A stretch of DNA of 64,000 nucleotides, taken from an uncultured Collinsella sp. (GTDB lineage Bacteria > Actinomycetota > Coriobacteriia > Coriobacteriales > Coriobacteriaceae). The notes beneath the pieces were generated by a model, which made no database searches, was not told the DNA's origin, and saw nothing but the letters and a program-made list of their open reading frames with translations. How positions within the stretch are numbered: the first letter of the stretch is position 1; each line of letters begins with the position of its first letter. Below are positions 19,425 to 30,080 of this stretch, piece after piece. The stretch is from NCBI GenBank assembly GCA_900544845.1, contig UQWV01000002.1, forward strand, positions 20,721 to 84,720, in the 5' to 3' direction. A program made the translations under genes and the position numbers.

Positions 19425-19488
19425 TTCTTTTGGGCTGGCAGCCTGCTAGGATGTAGAGCGGACTTTAGCTATATAAGGAGTATCCGAC

Positions 19489-20706
19489 GTGTCTATGCGT
19501 ACCGATGATTTTGACTACAACCTTCCTGAGGAACTGATCGCCCAGGCTCCAGCTGAGCCGCGCGACTCCTGTCGCCTGCTGGTGGTGGATCGCAAGGGCT
19601 CCCAGGCGGGAACGCCGCTGGAGCACGGCGGTACCGTTGAGCACCGCATCTTCCGTGACATCATCGACTATATCGAGCCGGGCGACGTGCTCGTCATCAA
19701 CCAGACGCGCGTGATGCCGGCCCGCCTGATCGGTCGCAAAGCCGGCTCGGGCGGCGTGGTCGAGACCCTGCTGCTCAAGCGCCGCGAGGACGTGGATCCG
19801 CTGGGCCATGTTTGGGAGTGCTTGGTCAAGCCGGGCAAGCGCCTGAAGCCCGGTGCTCATATTGAGTATCGCGCCGGTGGCGCCCATGCGCCCGAGGGGG
19901 CTCCCGTGGTGCTGACGGCCGAGGTCGTCGACTTTGTCACCGATAGCCGCGGCGGCCGTCTAGTGCGTTTTGAGCCGGCTGGTTGCAACGCCGCCGGCGA
20001 GCCGCGCACGCTCGACGAGGCCATTCACGCCGCCGGTCATGTGCCGTTGCCGCCCTACATTACCGATTACGAGGGCGATCCCGAGAAATATCAGACCGTG
20101 TACGCCATGAAGGAGGAGCACTCGGCTGCCGCTCCTACGGCGGGTCTGCATTTTACTCCTGAGCTCATGGCCGCTATCGAGGCCAAGGGTGCCAAGTTTG
20201 CCGCCGTCGAGCTCGAGGTGGGCATCGATACCTTCCGTTTGGTGGAGGAGGACGACCCTACGCAGCACGTCATGCACACCGAGCGCTACCACGTGTCGCA
20301 GGAGGTTGTCGACGCCGTGCATAAGGCCAAGGCCGAGGGTCATCGCGTGATCGCCGTCGGCACTACCGCGGTGCGCTCGCTCGAGAGCGCGTTTGACACG
20401 GACGCGCCGGTGTCCGATCCGGCCGTGACGGCGCGCTATTTTGAGGGGCGTGAGGACGGGGCCGATACGCTCGGCCGCGGTGACATCGTGGTGCGCGAGA
20501 ACGCTACGACGCAGCTCTACCTCATGCCTGGCTCGACCTATCACGTGGTCGACGCGCTGATCACGAACTTCCACGTGCCGCGCTCTACGCTCATGATGCT
20601 CGTGAGCGCGCTTGCCTCCCGCGACCAGATCATGGATGCCTACGCTGCCGCCATCGAGGAGCGCTACCGCTTCTTCAGCTTTGGCGACGCGATGCTCATT
20701 TGTTAG
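19489..20706 (+). CDS. queA: S-adenosylmethionine:tRNA ribosyltransferase-isomerase
   Basis: 405 aa with full-length QueA similarity (…FDYNLPEELIAQAPAEPRDSCRLLVV…). AAGGAG RBS 8 nt before the GTG. Confidence 0.9.
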   Translation: MSMRTDDFDYNLPEELIAQAPAEPRDSCRLLVVDRKGSQAGTPLEHGGTVEHRIFRDIIDYIEPGDVLVINQTRVMPARLIGRKAGSGGVVETLLLKRREDVDPLGHVWECLVKPGKRLKPGAHIEYRAGGAHAPEGAPVVLTAEVVDFVTDSRGGRLVRFEPAGCNAAGEPRTLDEAIHAAGHVPLPPYITDYEGDPEKYQTVYAMKEEHSAAAPTAGLHFTPELMAAIEAKGAKFAAVELEVGIDTFRLVEEDDPTQHVMHTERYHVSQEVVDAVHKAKAEGHRVIAVGTTAVRSLESAFDTDAPVSDPAVTARYFEGREDGADTLGRGDIVVRENATTQLYLMPGSTYHVVDALITNFHVPRSTLMMLVSALASRDQIMDAYAAAIEERYRFFSFGDAMLIC

Positions 20707-20950
20707 TTACGCGGTTCTACGAACCGCGTAACGGCTCGACGCTGCAAACGCCCCTAAGCGGCAATCTGACGTTCAATCGTCGGGCATGACCAGAAGGTCA
20801 ATGCCCTCCTCTTTCACGTCACCTTGCTCGCTTAGGGGCGTTTTCGCTGACTTCGCCAAAACATTGGCGTTGCCGTGGTTCACTTGGCACTTGGTGGTTG
20901 TCTTTGGGCACGTTCTTAAATGACTAGTCAAAGGGTACCCTCTTGCGGCG
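20707..20950 (+). repeat. Structured ~245-bp intergenic element, copy A (second copy at 24012..24252)
   Basis: It starts right after the queA stop with the perfect hairpin TTACGCGGTTC/GAACCGCGTAA. An outer stem AAACGCCCCTAAGCG/CGCTTAGGGGCGTTTT encloses an inner hairpin with the conserved loop GACCAGAAGGTCA. The blocks GGCGTTGCC and CGTTCTTAAAtGACTA are shared with copy B. Confidence 0.6.
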
Positions 20951-21002
20951 CTTGGCACTTGACTATTGGTTGGTTACTTTCTTGTTCGACTTGTCTTTTA
21001 AT

Positions 21003-21122
21003 AACGCCCCCAACGACTACCTTGCATCAATCTAGATAAGTTGCGGTGAGATAGTTCTTGAATTGGCCTTTTTGAAGGCTAAATAGGAACTATCTCACCG
21101 CAACTGCGTTGGGGCGTTTTTT
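21003..21122. repeat. Nested perfect palindrome (REP-like); probable bidirectional terminator between queA-side and the convergent minus-strand gene
   Basis: Outer stem AACGCCCCCAACG/CGTTGGGGCGTT, inner stem AAGTTGCGGTGAGATAGTTC/GAACTATCTCACCGCAACT, then TTTTTT. The inner motif recurs at 29806 and 26532. Confidence 0.6.
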
Positions 21123-21132
21123 GGCAACCGGC

Positions 21133-22920
21133 TTACTTGCTCATGAACAGCCAGATTGCGATGATCACCAGGATTGCGGCGATGATGCAGGCGATGGCTC
21201 CGGTGAATTTGATGCGTGAGTCGCGGGTTCGCTTGCGCACGTCGTCTTCGGCGGCTTCGAGTTGGGCAACTTCGCGCTCGGTCTCGGTATGCTCGGCCTT
21301 GTCGCGTGCCAAGGACCCGGCGAGCGATTCGGTGATCTCGGGATGGTCGTGCACCTCGGTCGCCTGCTCGATAATCGACTGCGCATGCGCGGCATCTGCC
21401 CGGGCGTTTGCGATGGCCTGCTCTTGCTCGCGGCGTGCCTTGTCCTGTGTGGCGATCTTTTCGCGCAGCTCGCGCTGGCGCGTCGCGGCGGCAGTTTTTG
21501 CGGACTGCAACTCGTCGCGCGCGGCATCTGCCTCAGCCGTTACGGCCTGGTGCGCTCGTTTAGCGTCGGCGATGGGGGCCTGTGCCTGCTCGACGGCCTG
21601 CTCGGCGGCGGCGAGTGAATGCTCAAGATCGGCGGTCACGCGCGGAATATCTTCCTCGGCCTTGCGGAGGGCGTCGGCAGCGTCGGAGATTTGCATAGAC
21701 AACTCGCTGGTGCGCACGGTGTAATTGGCGGGATTTGCCGAAGGGTTGCGCTGCAGCTCGGCATACTCGCGACGCAAGGTCTCGAGCTGTGCGCGCGTAG
21801 CATCGGCAGTTTGTCGTGCGGCGGCGATACCGGCATCGCGCTCGGCCTTCACTTTGTCGCGGATGCGCTTGGAATCCTCAAGGCGACGAACGAGGCGGTT
21901 GCCGGTCTCGCGCGAGCTCGCCTCGCGGGCTTCCACGGCGTCGAGTGCAGCCTTCAGGCGGAGCTCGGTCGCATCGTCCTCTGCCTTCATTTGCTCGAGT
22001 TGGCCCTTGAGCTCCGTCGCTTTGGCGGCATGGGCATCACGGTTAATTTCAGCTGCCGCAGCGGTCTTCTGTGCCGTGGCGATTGCCTGGCGCTGGTCGG
22101 CGATGATCTGATCGTAGCGGCCTGCGATATCCCGGCGCGTCTCGAGCTCCTCTGCCTGGTCGGCGATGCGCTGCTCAAGCTCGGCTAAATGGGCGCGGGC
22201 ATCGGCGAGTGCCTTCTTGGCGGCGTTCATCTCGCGCATGGCCGACGCGCCCTGGGCGATAAAAGTGCCCACGGCGTTAGCGGTGTTCGAGACGGCGCTC
22301 CCCAGGTCGAGGCTCGTGGCGGGAGCATGCGGGGTGGTCGGGTGCGCGGCCTCGGCGGCATTCGTGTCGGCAGTCTGCGGCGCGGCGATATTGCCGGTGC
22401 CGCCTTCGATCACGGAAAAGCCCGCTGCGTGCGGGTCGACCGCATCGGCGCCGATCGTGGGGTGCTCGAGTTGCAGGAACGAGGGCATGGTGCTGCCCTG
22501 GTCGGCAACCGGGGTCTCGCCGGGCACAAACGTCGAGGCAGCCTCGGCGGCTTCCTCCTCCTCGGCGTCGACATCGGCATCGGCGACAGCGTCCTTCATC
22601 GCTTTGACGGCATCCATCATGGAGTCCATGACGGCGTCGAGCTCTTCTTCCGAAGACACCTCGATGGGGCCCGCTACTTGCGGAGCGTTCTCGGCCTTGG
22701 GCTCAGTGTCGCTCGGGTCCGGCTGCTCTAGCTGCTCTTCTTTGTCTTGCCCTGCGGCGACATTAGCGTCTGCGGCCTCGTCTGCGGCGGCAGGAGCCTC
22801 CCCGACAGCGGCATCAATGCCGCCATCGCTGCTGGTAGAAGTATCGCAGTCGTCAATGGTGTCTGCGGAATCATCAATATGCTGTTGAGTCTGGGGGTCC
22901 AGCTCGTCTGTCATAGGCAT
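21133..22920 (-). CDS. Tail-anchored coiled-coil protein (acidic N-terminus, Ala/Glu/Arg-rich coiled coil, C-terminal TM helix)
   Basis: ~595 aa. Compositional bias is visible, and the protein ends AIACIIAAILVIIAIWLFMSK. ATG at 22920/22914 after GAGGAG. Confidence 0.55.
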   Translation of the reverse strand: MPMTDELDPQTQQHIDDSADTIDDCDTSTSSDGGIDAAVGEAPAAADEAADANVAAGQDKEEQLEQPDPSDTEPKAENAPQVAGPIEVSSEEELDAVMDSMMDAVKAMKDAVADADVDAEEEEAAEAASTFVPGETPVADQGSTMPSFLQLEHPTIGADAVDPHAAGFSVIEGGTGNIAAPQTADTNAAEAAHPTTPHAPATSLDLGSAVSNTANAVGTFIAQGASAMREMNAAKKALADARAHLAELEQRIADQAEELETRRDIAGRYDQIIADQRQAIATAQKTAAAAEINRDAHAAKATELKGQLEQMKAEDDATELRLKAALDAVEAREASSRETGNRLVRRLEDSKRIRDKVKAERDAGIAAARQTADATRAQLETLRREYAELQRNPSANPANYTVRTSELSMQISDAADALRKAEEDIPRVTADLEHSLAAAEQAVEQAQAPIADAKRAHQAVTAEADAARDELQSAKTAAATRQRELREKIATQDKARREQEQAIANARADAAHAQSIIEQATEVHDHPEITESLAGSLARDKAEHTETEREVAQLEAAEDDVRKRTRDSRIKFTGAIACIIAAILVIIAIWLFMSK

Positions 22921-23208
22921 GTGCTCCTCATCGTTGTTTGTCACCCTATGATAAAGTCTCGCGCCGACATCCCGCGCCCCGCAGCAAAGTTTCAAAACGT
23001 GTTCGATGGCTCGCGCCGATAGCAAAAACTCGGCCGCTCTACCCAGTTTGTACTTGACAATCCCTTCGCCGAAAAACGTTATGCCGTTCGCCTACCACGG
23101 GCTTTATTTTTCACTCGAACCCGCTAAAGTTGCATTTCAGCTTTTGGCGCGTGAAGTTGGATGCGCGCAGTCGGCGGGCGTGCCCGTCGCGATTCGAAAG
23201 GACTTTGT

Positions 23209-24009
23209 ATGGGACTTTTCACTGGTAAGACCGTGATCGTCACCGGCGGCGGCAAGGCCACGCTCAAGGACGGCTCCGCTGGCTCCATCGGCTACGGTAT
23301 CGATATCGCTTTTGCCAAGGAGGGCGCGAACCTCGTTATCACCGGTCGTAACGTCGCCAAGCTCGAAGCTGCCAAGGAGTCTCTTGAGGCTGAGTACGGC
23401 GTCAAGGTTCTGCCTGTCCAGGCCGATGTCTCCGCCGGCCAGGACAACGAGGCCGTCGTGCAGAACGTTATCGACAAGGCGATTGAGGAGTTCGGTCGCA
23501 TCGACGCCGTCGTCAACAACGCTCAGGCCAGCGCCTCGGGTGTGACCATCGCCGACCACACTATGGACCAGTTTAACCTGGCCATTTACTCTGGCCTGTA
23601 TGCCACCTACCTGTACATGCAGAAGGCCTATCCGCACCTGAAGGAGACCAAGGGCTCCGTGGTCAACTTTGCTTCGGGCGCCGGCCTGTTTGGCAACTAC
23701 GGCCAGTGCAGCTACGCCGCTGCCAAGGAGGGCATCCGCGGCCTGACCCGCGTCGCCGCCAACGAGTGGGGCAAGGACGGCATCAACGTCAATATCGTGT
23801 GCCCGCTTGCCTGGACTGCTGCGCTCGAGAACTTCCAGGACGCCTATCCCGAGGCGTTCAAGGCCAACGTTCACATGCCGCCGGCGGGCCATTACGGCGA
23901 CGTCGAGAAGGAGATCGGCCGCGTGGTCGTTCAGCTCTGCGGCCCCGACTTTAAGTATATGAACGGCGAGACCGTCACCCTCGAGGGTGGCATGGGCCAG
24001 CGGCCTTAG
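23209..24009 (+). CDS. Short-chain dehydrogenase/reductase (SDR) family oxidoreductase
   Basis: TGGGKATLKDGSAGSIGYG Rossmann motif, NNAQ, and a YxxxK catalytic motif (YAAAK). AAGGA RBS. Confidence 0.85.
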   Translation: MGLFTGKTVIVTGGGKATLKDGSAGSIGYGIDIAFAKEGANLVITGRNVAKLEAAKESLEAEYGVKVLPVQADVSAGQDNEAVVQNVIDKAIEEFGRIDAVVNNAQASASGVTIADHTMDQFNLAIYSGLYATYLYMQKAYPHLKETKGSVVNFASGAGLFGNYGQCSYAAAKEGIRGLTRVAANEWGKDGINVNIVCPLAWTAALENFQDAYPEAFKANVHMPPAGHYGDVEKEIGRVVVQLCGPDFKYMNGETVTLEGGMGQRP

Positions 24010-24011
24010 GG

Positions 24012-24252
24012 GTTACGGCGTTTTACCAAACGCCGTAACGGGCCGACGCTGCGCGGTCACCAGAGCGACAACTTGTCATTCAAAGAGGGCGGCATGACCA
24101 GAAGGTCTATGCCGCCCTCTTTTCATGCCAATTTGTTCGCTCTGGCGACCGCTCGCTGACGTTGCTAGAACATCGGCGTTGCCTTGGCTGTTGGAGATGA
24201 TCCCAGATATAGTCGTTGGGGGGCGTTCTTAAACGACTATGACCCCTTTGCG
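24012..24252 (+). repeat. Structured ~245-bp intergenic element, copy B
   Basis: It starts right after the SDR stop with the hairpin GTTACGGCGTTT/AAACGCCGTAAC. Outer stem GCGGTCACCAGAGCGACAA/TTGTTCGCTCTGGCGACCGC. Inner stem is the perfect 14-bp AAAGAGGGCGGCAT/ATGCCGCCCTCTTT with loop GACCAGAAGGTCT. Confidence 0.6.
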
Positions 24253-24334
24253 CCAGTTTCTGTCGAGTCGGTGCTCCTTGCGGGTTGCCCGTATAATGGT
24301 TTGCGTATGAACCGCAACCAAGGAGTTCCAGTTT

Positions 24335-25474
<1,140 letters not shown>

Positions 25475-25623
25475 GGGCGACAGACACGCTTGCAGAGCGT
25501 GAGCAACGGCAAAGGTTGAGTGGCAGCCGCTCGTCACATTCGCTGACGCCGGCTGCGCGACCGCTGACCGATAGCTTGCAAGTGCTTGATGCATCGTGGG
25601 TACCATACCGAATAGTTGATGCT

Positions 25624-25671
25624 CGGGCGGGTGTTTGACGCATGGCGTCGACCCCGCCCGTTTTTCTTTTT
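25624..25671 (+). terminator. Rho-independent terminator after tgt
   Basis: CGGGCGGG…CCCCGCCCG stem followed by TTTTTCTTTTT. Confidence 0.65.
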
Positions 25672-25687
25672 CTCGATAGGAGTACCC

Positions 25688-26446
25688 ATGATTAAGAATG
25701 AGAACGTCGAGGGCGAGCCCGCCTACGACGAGACGTACCGCCGCGGTCCCGTGGTCATGCGCGGCCCCATGATTCCTAAGGACAACACCTACGCCAACCT
25801 GCTGGCGCCCGAGGAGTCGACCGATTGGTTGCACGCCGACCCGTGGCGTGTGCTGCGCATTCAAGCCGAGTTTGTCGATGGCTTTGGCGCGCTTGCCGAG
25901 CTCGGGCCTGCGGTGACCATCTTCGGTAGCGCCCGCACGCCCAAGACCGATCCGCTCTACAAGGCGGCGCGCACGGTCGGTCGCAAGATTGCCCAGCGCG
26001 GCGTGGCGGTTATCACCGGTGGCGGCCCTGGCGTTATGGAGGCGGCCAACAGGGGAGCGGCGAGCGCCAACGGCAAGTCAGTCGGCCTGGGTATCGAGCT
26101 TCCGCACGAGCAGGGGCTCAACAAATACGTGAACCTCGGTATGGACTTCCGCTACTTCTTTGTGCGCAAAACCATGTTCGTTAAGTACAGCTCGGGCGCC
26201 ATCGTATTTCCCGGCGGTTTTGGCACGCTCGACGAGATGTTCGAGGTGCTCACGCTGGTGCAGACGCACAAGGTCAAGCGCATGCCGCTCGTTCTGGTGG
26301 GCAGCGAGTACTGGCAGGGCCTGTTCGACTGGCTCAACGGCCCGGTGATGAGCGCCGGTATGATCAGCCCGCTCGATCCGGATCTGGTACACATTACTGA
26401 CGACCTCAACGAGGCCGTCGACATCGCCCTGAGCGGGCTGATATAG
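25688..26446 (+). CDS. LOG family protein (cytokinin riboside 5'-monophosphate phosphoribohydrolase-like, TIGR00730)
   Basis: Motifs GGGPGVMEA and PGGFGTLDE. TAGGAG RBS. Confidence 0.85.
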   Translation: MIKNENVEGEPAYDETYRRGPVVMRGPMIPKDNTYANLLAPEESTDWLHADPWRVLRIQAEFVDGFGALAELGPAVTIFGSARTPKTDPLYKAARTVGRKIAQRGVAVITGGGPGVMEAANRGAASANGKSVGLGIELPHEQGLNKYVNLGMDFRYFFVRKTMFVKYSSGAIVFPGGFGTLDEMFEVLTLVQTHKVKRMPLVLVGSEYWQGLFDWLNGPVMSAGMISPLDPDLVHITDDLNEAVDIALSGLI

Positions 26447-26458
26447 GGTAGGTAAAAT

Positions 26459-26604
26459 GGGACGGGGCTAAAAAGACTGGTCTGAAACGTTTGATACCAG
26501 TCTTTTTAGCCCCGTCCCAAATGAACTGCTTCTAAGTTGTGGTGGAATAGGGATTGATTTGCGGCTGATAAGCCAAAAACAGTCCCTATTTCACCGCAAG
26601 CGGT
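26459..26604. repeat. Two adjacent perfect palindromes (REP-like) between convergent genes
   Basis: GGGACGGGGCTAAAAAGACTGGT/ACCAGTCTTTTTAGCCCCGTCCC at 26459-26518. CTAAGTTGTGGTGGAATAGGGA…TCCCTATTTCACCGCAAG at 26532-26604. Both belong to families seen elsewhere in the window. Confidence 0.6.
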
Positions 26605-26614
26605 AAAGGTGCCC

Positions 26615-27477
26615 CTAGTGGATGGGCTGGTAGCGGGGGCAGTAGCTGATGGCGATGGCGTCGACGCCTACATGGGTGGCGATGGTGCAGCCGATGGGGC
26701 CGGTGCCGGCGTCTACATAGTCTTGGCCTGCGAGCGCTTGGCTGACGAGCTCCTGCTCCTCGGCGGCGCCGGTCGTGAGCACGCGCACGCTGGAGCCCGG
26801 ATGCTCGGCCAAAAATGCGAGGCAATCGGCCATGGTGTTGGCAACGATGCGCTTGGCACCGCGGCCCTTTTTGATGGCCTTGATCTCGCCCGATTTCCAC
26901 TCCGGCGAAACGGCCAGGCGAATGTTGAGCATTTGCGTGAGCTGGCCGGCGAGCTTGGGCGCGCGGCCGTTCTTAACGAGGTTCTCGAGCGTGCGGGGAA
27001 TCAGCAGCAGGTGGGCGTCGGGCAGGGTTGCGCGGATCTGTGTCTCGGTCTCGTCCAGGCTGCGATCATCCTCGCGCATGGCAAGCGCGTACTCCACCAG
27101 CAGGCCCTCGGCGCCCGAGCCGGTGCGCGAATCGATGCAGCGCACGTCGAGCTCGTGGGTCTCGGCGACCAGGCATGCGTTGGAATAGCAGGCGGACCAT
27201 TCGCTGCACAGCGAGATAAAGATCGCGCTGTCGTGGCCGTCAGCACGCACGCGGTCAAAGAGTGCCTTGAACTCGCCGGCACTCGGCTGCGAGGTGTGCG
27301 GCAGCTGCTCGGAGTCGGCCATGCGGGCGACGTACTCCTGGGCGGTAATCTGTACCTGATCGAGCAGGTCCTCGCCCTCGATAATCACATGCAGCGGAAT
27401 CACGTAAATGCCGAGCTCTTGGGCGCGGGCGGGGGAGATGTCCGACGTGGAGTCGGTTATGATGGCAAAAGACATAA
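26615..27477 (-). CDS. DegV family protein (second paralog)
   Basis: MSFAIITDSTSDISPARAQELGIYVIPLHVI…. AAAGGTG RBS; ATG at 27477. Confidence 0.85.
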
Positions 27478-27631
27478 TTGCACCTTTCGTTGGGGCGCGA
27501 CGGCGCCGCCTTCTGAGAGCAAAGTGCGACAAGTATAGTGGAGTTGCTCTACATTGCTAGGTTCAATTGTTGAATAGTCAACAGTTTGAAGTGTCGGTGT
27601 GGAAATCATCAACTGGGGAAGAGGGGTGCCG

Positions 27632-28294
27632 ATGGCGGCGCTGGAGATATGCAAGCGGTCGGTTGTGCTGTTCGATTTTGACGGCACGGTGGCAGATACG
27701 GGTCGGGCGGTGATGACCTCGACGCGCAAGACACTGGCCGCGCGCGGGTTTTCGGAGGCGCAGATGGGTGACCTGCGCCGCATGATCGGGCCGCCCCTGT
27801 GGAAGAGCTTTCACGACTTTTATGGCTTCTCCCGCGAGGAGTCGCTTGTGGTGGCTGACGAGTACCGTGCCTTTTTTGATGAGCTGGGACCGGAAGAGTA
27901 TCCCGTGTTCGATGGAATCCCCGAGCTGCTCGATGGCCTTGTCGCGCAGGGGCATCGCTTGGCCGTGGCGACGTCACGCATGGAGGCAAAGTGCATTGAC
28001 ATGGTGGGCGAGCTCGGGCTTTCTCAGTTTGAGGCGGTGGTTGGCATGAATCCGCCGCAGGGACGCGAGACCAAGGCCGATTCGGTTCGCGATGCCCTGG
28101 CGGCGCTCGGCGCAACGGCCGACGATGCCGTGATGATCGGCGATCGCTTTAACGATGTGGAGGGCGCACACGCGATGGGCGTGCCGTGCATCGGCATCTA
28201 TTCGGGCGCGGCAGCGCCGGGGGAGCACGAGGCCGCGGGCGCCGATGCGGTGGTGCACTCGGTGGCCGAGCTTGCTAAACTTTTCGCTATCTAA
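27632..28294 (+). CDS. HAD-superfamily hydrolase (phosphoglycolate phosphatase-like, subfamily IA)
   Basis: Motif I is FDFDGT. Motifs TSR and GD…ND…A are also present. Confidence 0.8.
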   Translation: MAALEICKRSVVLFDFDGTVADTGRAVMTSTRKTLAARGFSEAQMGDLRRMIGPPLWKSFHDFYGFSREESLVVADEYRAFFDELGPEEYPVFDGIPELLDGLVAQGHRLAVATSRMEAKCIDMVGELGLSQFEAVVGMNPPQGRETKADSVRDALAALGATADDAVMIGDRFNDVEGAHAMGVPCIGIYSGAAAPGEHEAAGADAVVHSVAELAKLFAI

Positions 28295-28349
28295 TAGACA
28301 TAATGTGAGGGGCGGGCGTACCCGTCGCTCATTGGTAAGGAGGTCGTCC

Positions 28350-29786
28350 ATGAATCAGGTGGAGCAGAGCGTCGCTGAGTATGTCGACGAGGTCTGGGAG
28401 GATGTCGTCGCTGATATCGAGCAGCTGGTGAGTTATCCTTCCGTGGCAGTTTCTGCCGATGCGGAGCCCGGCGTGCCGTTTGGCCGCCCGGTCCGTGACG
28501 CGCTCGATTGCGCGCTCGGCATCGCGCAGAAGCTCGGCTATCAGACGAGCGACGACGAGGGCTATGTGGGAATCGCCGATATCCCGGGCCGCGGCGACAA
28601 GCAGCTCGCGACTATCTGCCACGTGGACGTGGTTCCCGCCGGCCCTGGCTGGAACACCGATCCGTTCGCGATGGAGCGTCGCGAGGGCTGGTTGCTCGGT
28701 CGCGGCGTGATCGACGACAAGGGCCCGGCAGTGCTGTCGCTTTATGCCGGCGCGTACCTGCTCAAGCACGGCATTGTTCCGCGCTACACCTTCCGCGCGC
28801 TGCTGGGCTGCGATGAGGAAGTGGGCATGTCCGACGTTCACCATTATCTGGAGAACCACGCAGACCCCGACTTTTTGTTTACGCCCGATGCCGAGTTCCC
28901 GGTCTGCAATGCCGAGAAGGGCCAGCTTGGGGCGACGTTCGTGAGTCCCAAGATCGACGGCGGGCGCATCGTGTCGTGGAGCGGCGCCGAGGCGAGCAAT
29001 GCCATTCCGTCGCAGTCCATCTGCGAGCTCGCGATTGCCGCCGATGAGCTGCCGGCGCCGGTCGAGAATGCTGACCGCCTGGAGATCACGGCTCTCGACA
29101 ATGGTCATGTGCAGATTTTCGCCCACGGTATTGGCGGTCACGCCTCGATGCCCGAGGGGACGATCAATGCCGTCGGCCTGATCGTGTCGTATCTGCGCGA
29201 GGCCGAGGACGCGTTTGGTGCCCGCGGCGAGCGCCTGCTGACGCCTGCCGAGCACGAGTTTGTCAAGTTTTTGGCCTTTGTGCATGCGGACGCCTATGGT
29301 CGCGGCCTGGGTATCGACGCGACGAGCCCGGCGTTTGGCCCGCTCACCTGCAACCCCGGCGTCATCCGCGTGGTGGATGGCCATATCGAGCAGGTCATCG
29401 ACGTGCGTTTCCCTGATAGCACGAGCGCCGATACCATCCGCGAGCAGCTCGAGCCGCTCGTGGGGCGCTTTGACGTGACGTGTCGCCTGGGTCATGCAAA
29501 GGTGCCGTTCTCGGTGTCTGCCGACGATCCGGCCGTGAAGGCGCTTATCGATACCTATAACGAGTTTACGGGCAAGCACGCCGAGCCTTTTGCCATGGGC
29601 GGCGGCACGTACGCGCGCAACTTTGCCCGCGCCGTGTCGTTTGGCCCCGAGGAGACCGGTCTGGAGCTGCCCGCATGGGGCGGCCAGATGCACGGCCCCA
29701 ACGAGTGCGCCAACGAGGAACAGCTCAAACAAGCGCTTAAAATCTACATCGTGGCCATCCTGCGCCTCAACGAACTCGAACTTTAA
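28350..29786 (+). CDS. M20-family dipeptidase (PepV/Sapep-like)
   Basis: HVDVVP and GRGVIDDKG motifs. AAGGAGG RBS at 28337. Confidence 0.8.
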   Translation: MNQVEQSVAEYVDEVWEDVVADIEQLVSYPSVAVSADAEPGVPFGRPVRDALDCALGIAQKLGYQTSDDEGYVGIADIPGRGDKQLATICHVDVVPAGPGWNTDPFAMERREGWLLGRGVIDDKGPAVLSLYAGAYLLKHGIVPRYTFRALLGCDEEVGMSDVHHYLENHADPDFLFTPDAEFPVCNAEKGQLGATFVSPKIDGGRIVSWSGAEASNAIPSQSICELAIAADELPAPVENADRLEITALDNGHVQIFAHGIGGHASMPEGTINAVGLIVSYLREAEDAFGARGERLLTPAEHEFVKFLAFVHADAYGRGLGIDATSPAFGPLTCNPGVIRVVDGHIEQVIDVRFPDSTSADTIREQLEPLVGRFDVTCRLGHAKVPFSVSADDPAVKALIDTYNEFTGKHAEPFAMGGGTYARNFARAVSFGPEETGLELPAWGGQMHGPNECANEEQLKQALKIYIVAILRLNELEL

Positions 29787-29805
29787 GGTCTCGCGGTTTC
29801 CCAAT

Positions 29806-29886
29806 CTAAGTTGCGGTGGAATAGTTCCTAGAATGGGCCATTTGATGGCCAAGCAGGAACTATTTCACCGCAACTTTGTTTTTATT
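29806..29886. repeat. Perfect palindrome of the AAGTTGCGGTGgAATAGTTCC family, plus T-tract (REP-like terminator)
   Basis: AAGTTGCGGTGGAATAGTTCCT…AGGAACTATTTCACCGCAACTT, then TTGTTTTTATT. Confidence 0.6.
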
Positions 29887-30080
29887 GGTGTAAAAGGCGG
29901 GTCATGCTTGGTGGCGGGTTTGTTATCCGTTTGTAAAGGCTGGGCCGGGCTTGCGGTAAGGGTCTATCAAATGCCCGTAAGAAACCGCAGATAACGCGGT
30001 TGTCGCCTGATCGGGGCCGTATCTTTCCAAACAGCAAAGCGGGCAGGGTGCCCGCGAATCGCATGTATGAAAGGAAGATC

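Noticed and set aside
20773-20958. 61-aa ORF on the minus strand inside repeat copy A
   Set aside because: It lies within a structured non-coding repeat and is not conserved in copy B.
22166-22888. 240-aa and 180-aa ORFs antisense to the coiled-coil gene
   Set aside because: Ser/Ala-rich mirror frames of an Ala/Glu/Arg-rich coiled coil.
23040-23110. TTGACA -35-like hexamer at 23056 between divergent genes
   Set aside because: No convincing -10 at 16-18-bp spacing on either strand. It is too weak to call a promoter.
26609-27538. 309-aa ORF antisense to the second degV
   Set aside because: Antisense artifact.
28329-29852. 507-aa ORF antisense to the M20 dipeptidase
   Set aside because: Antisense artifact.
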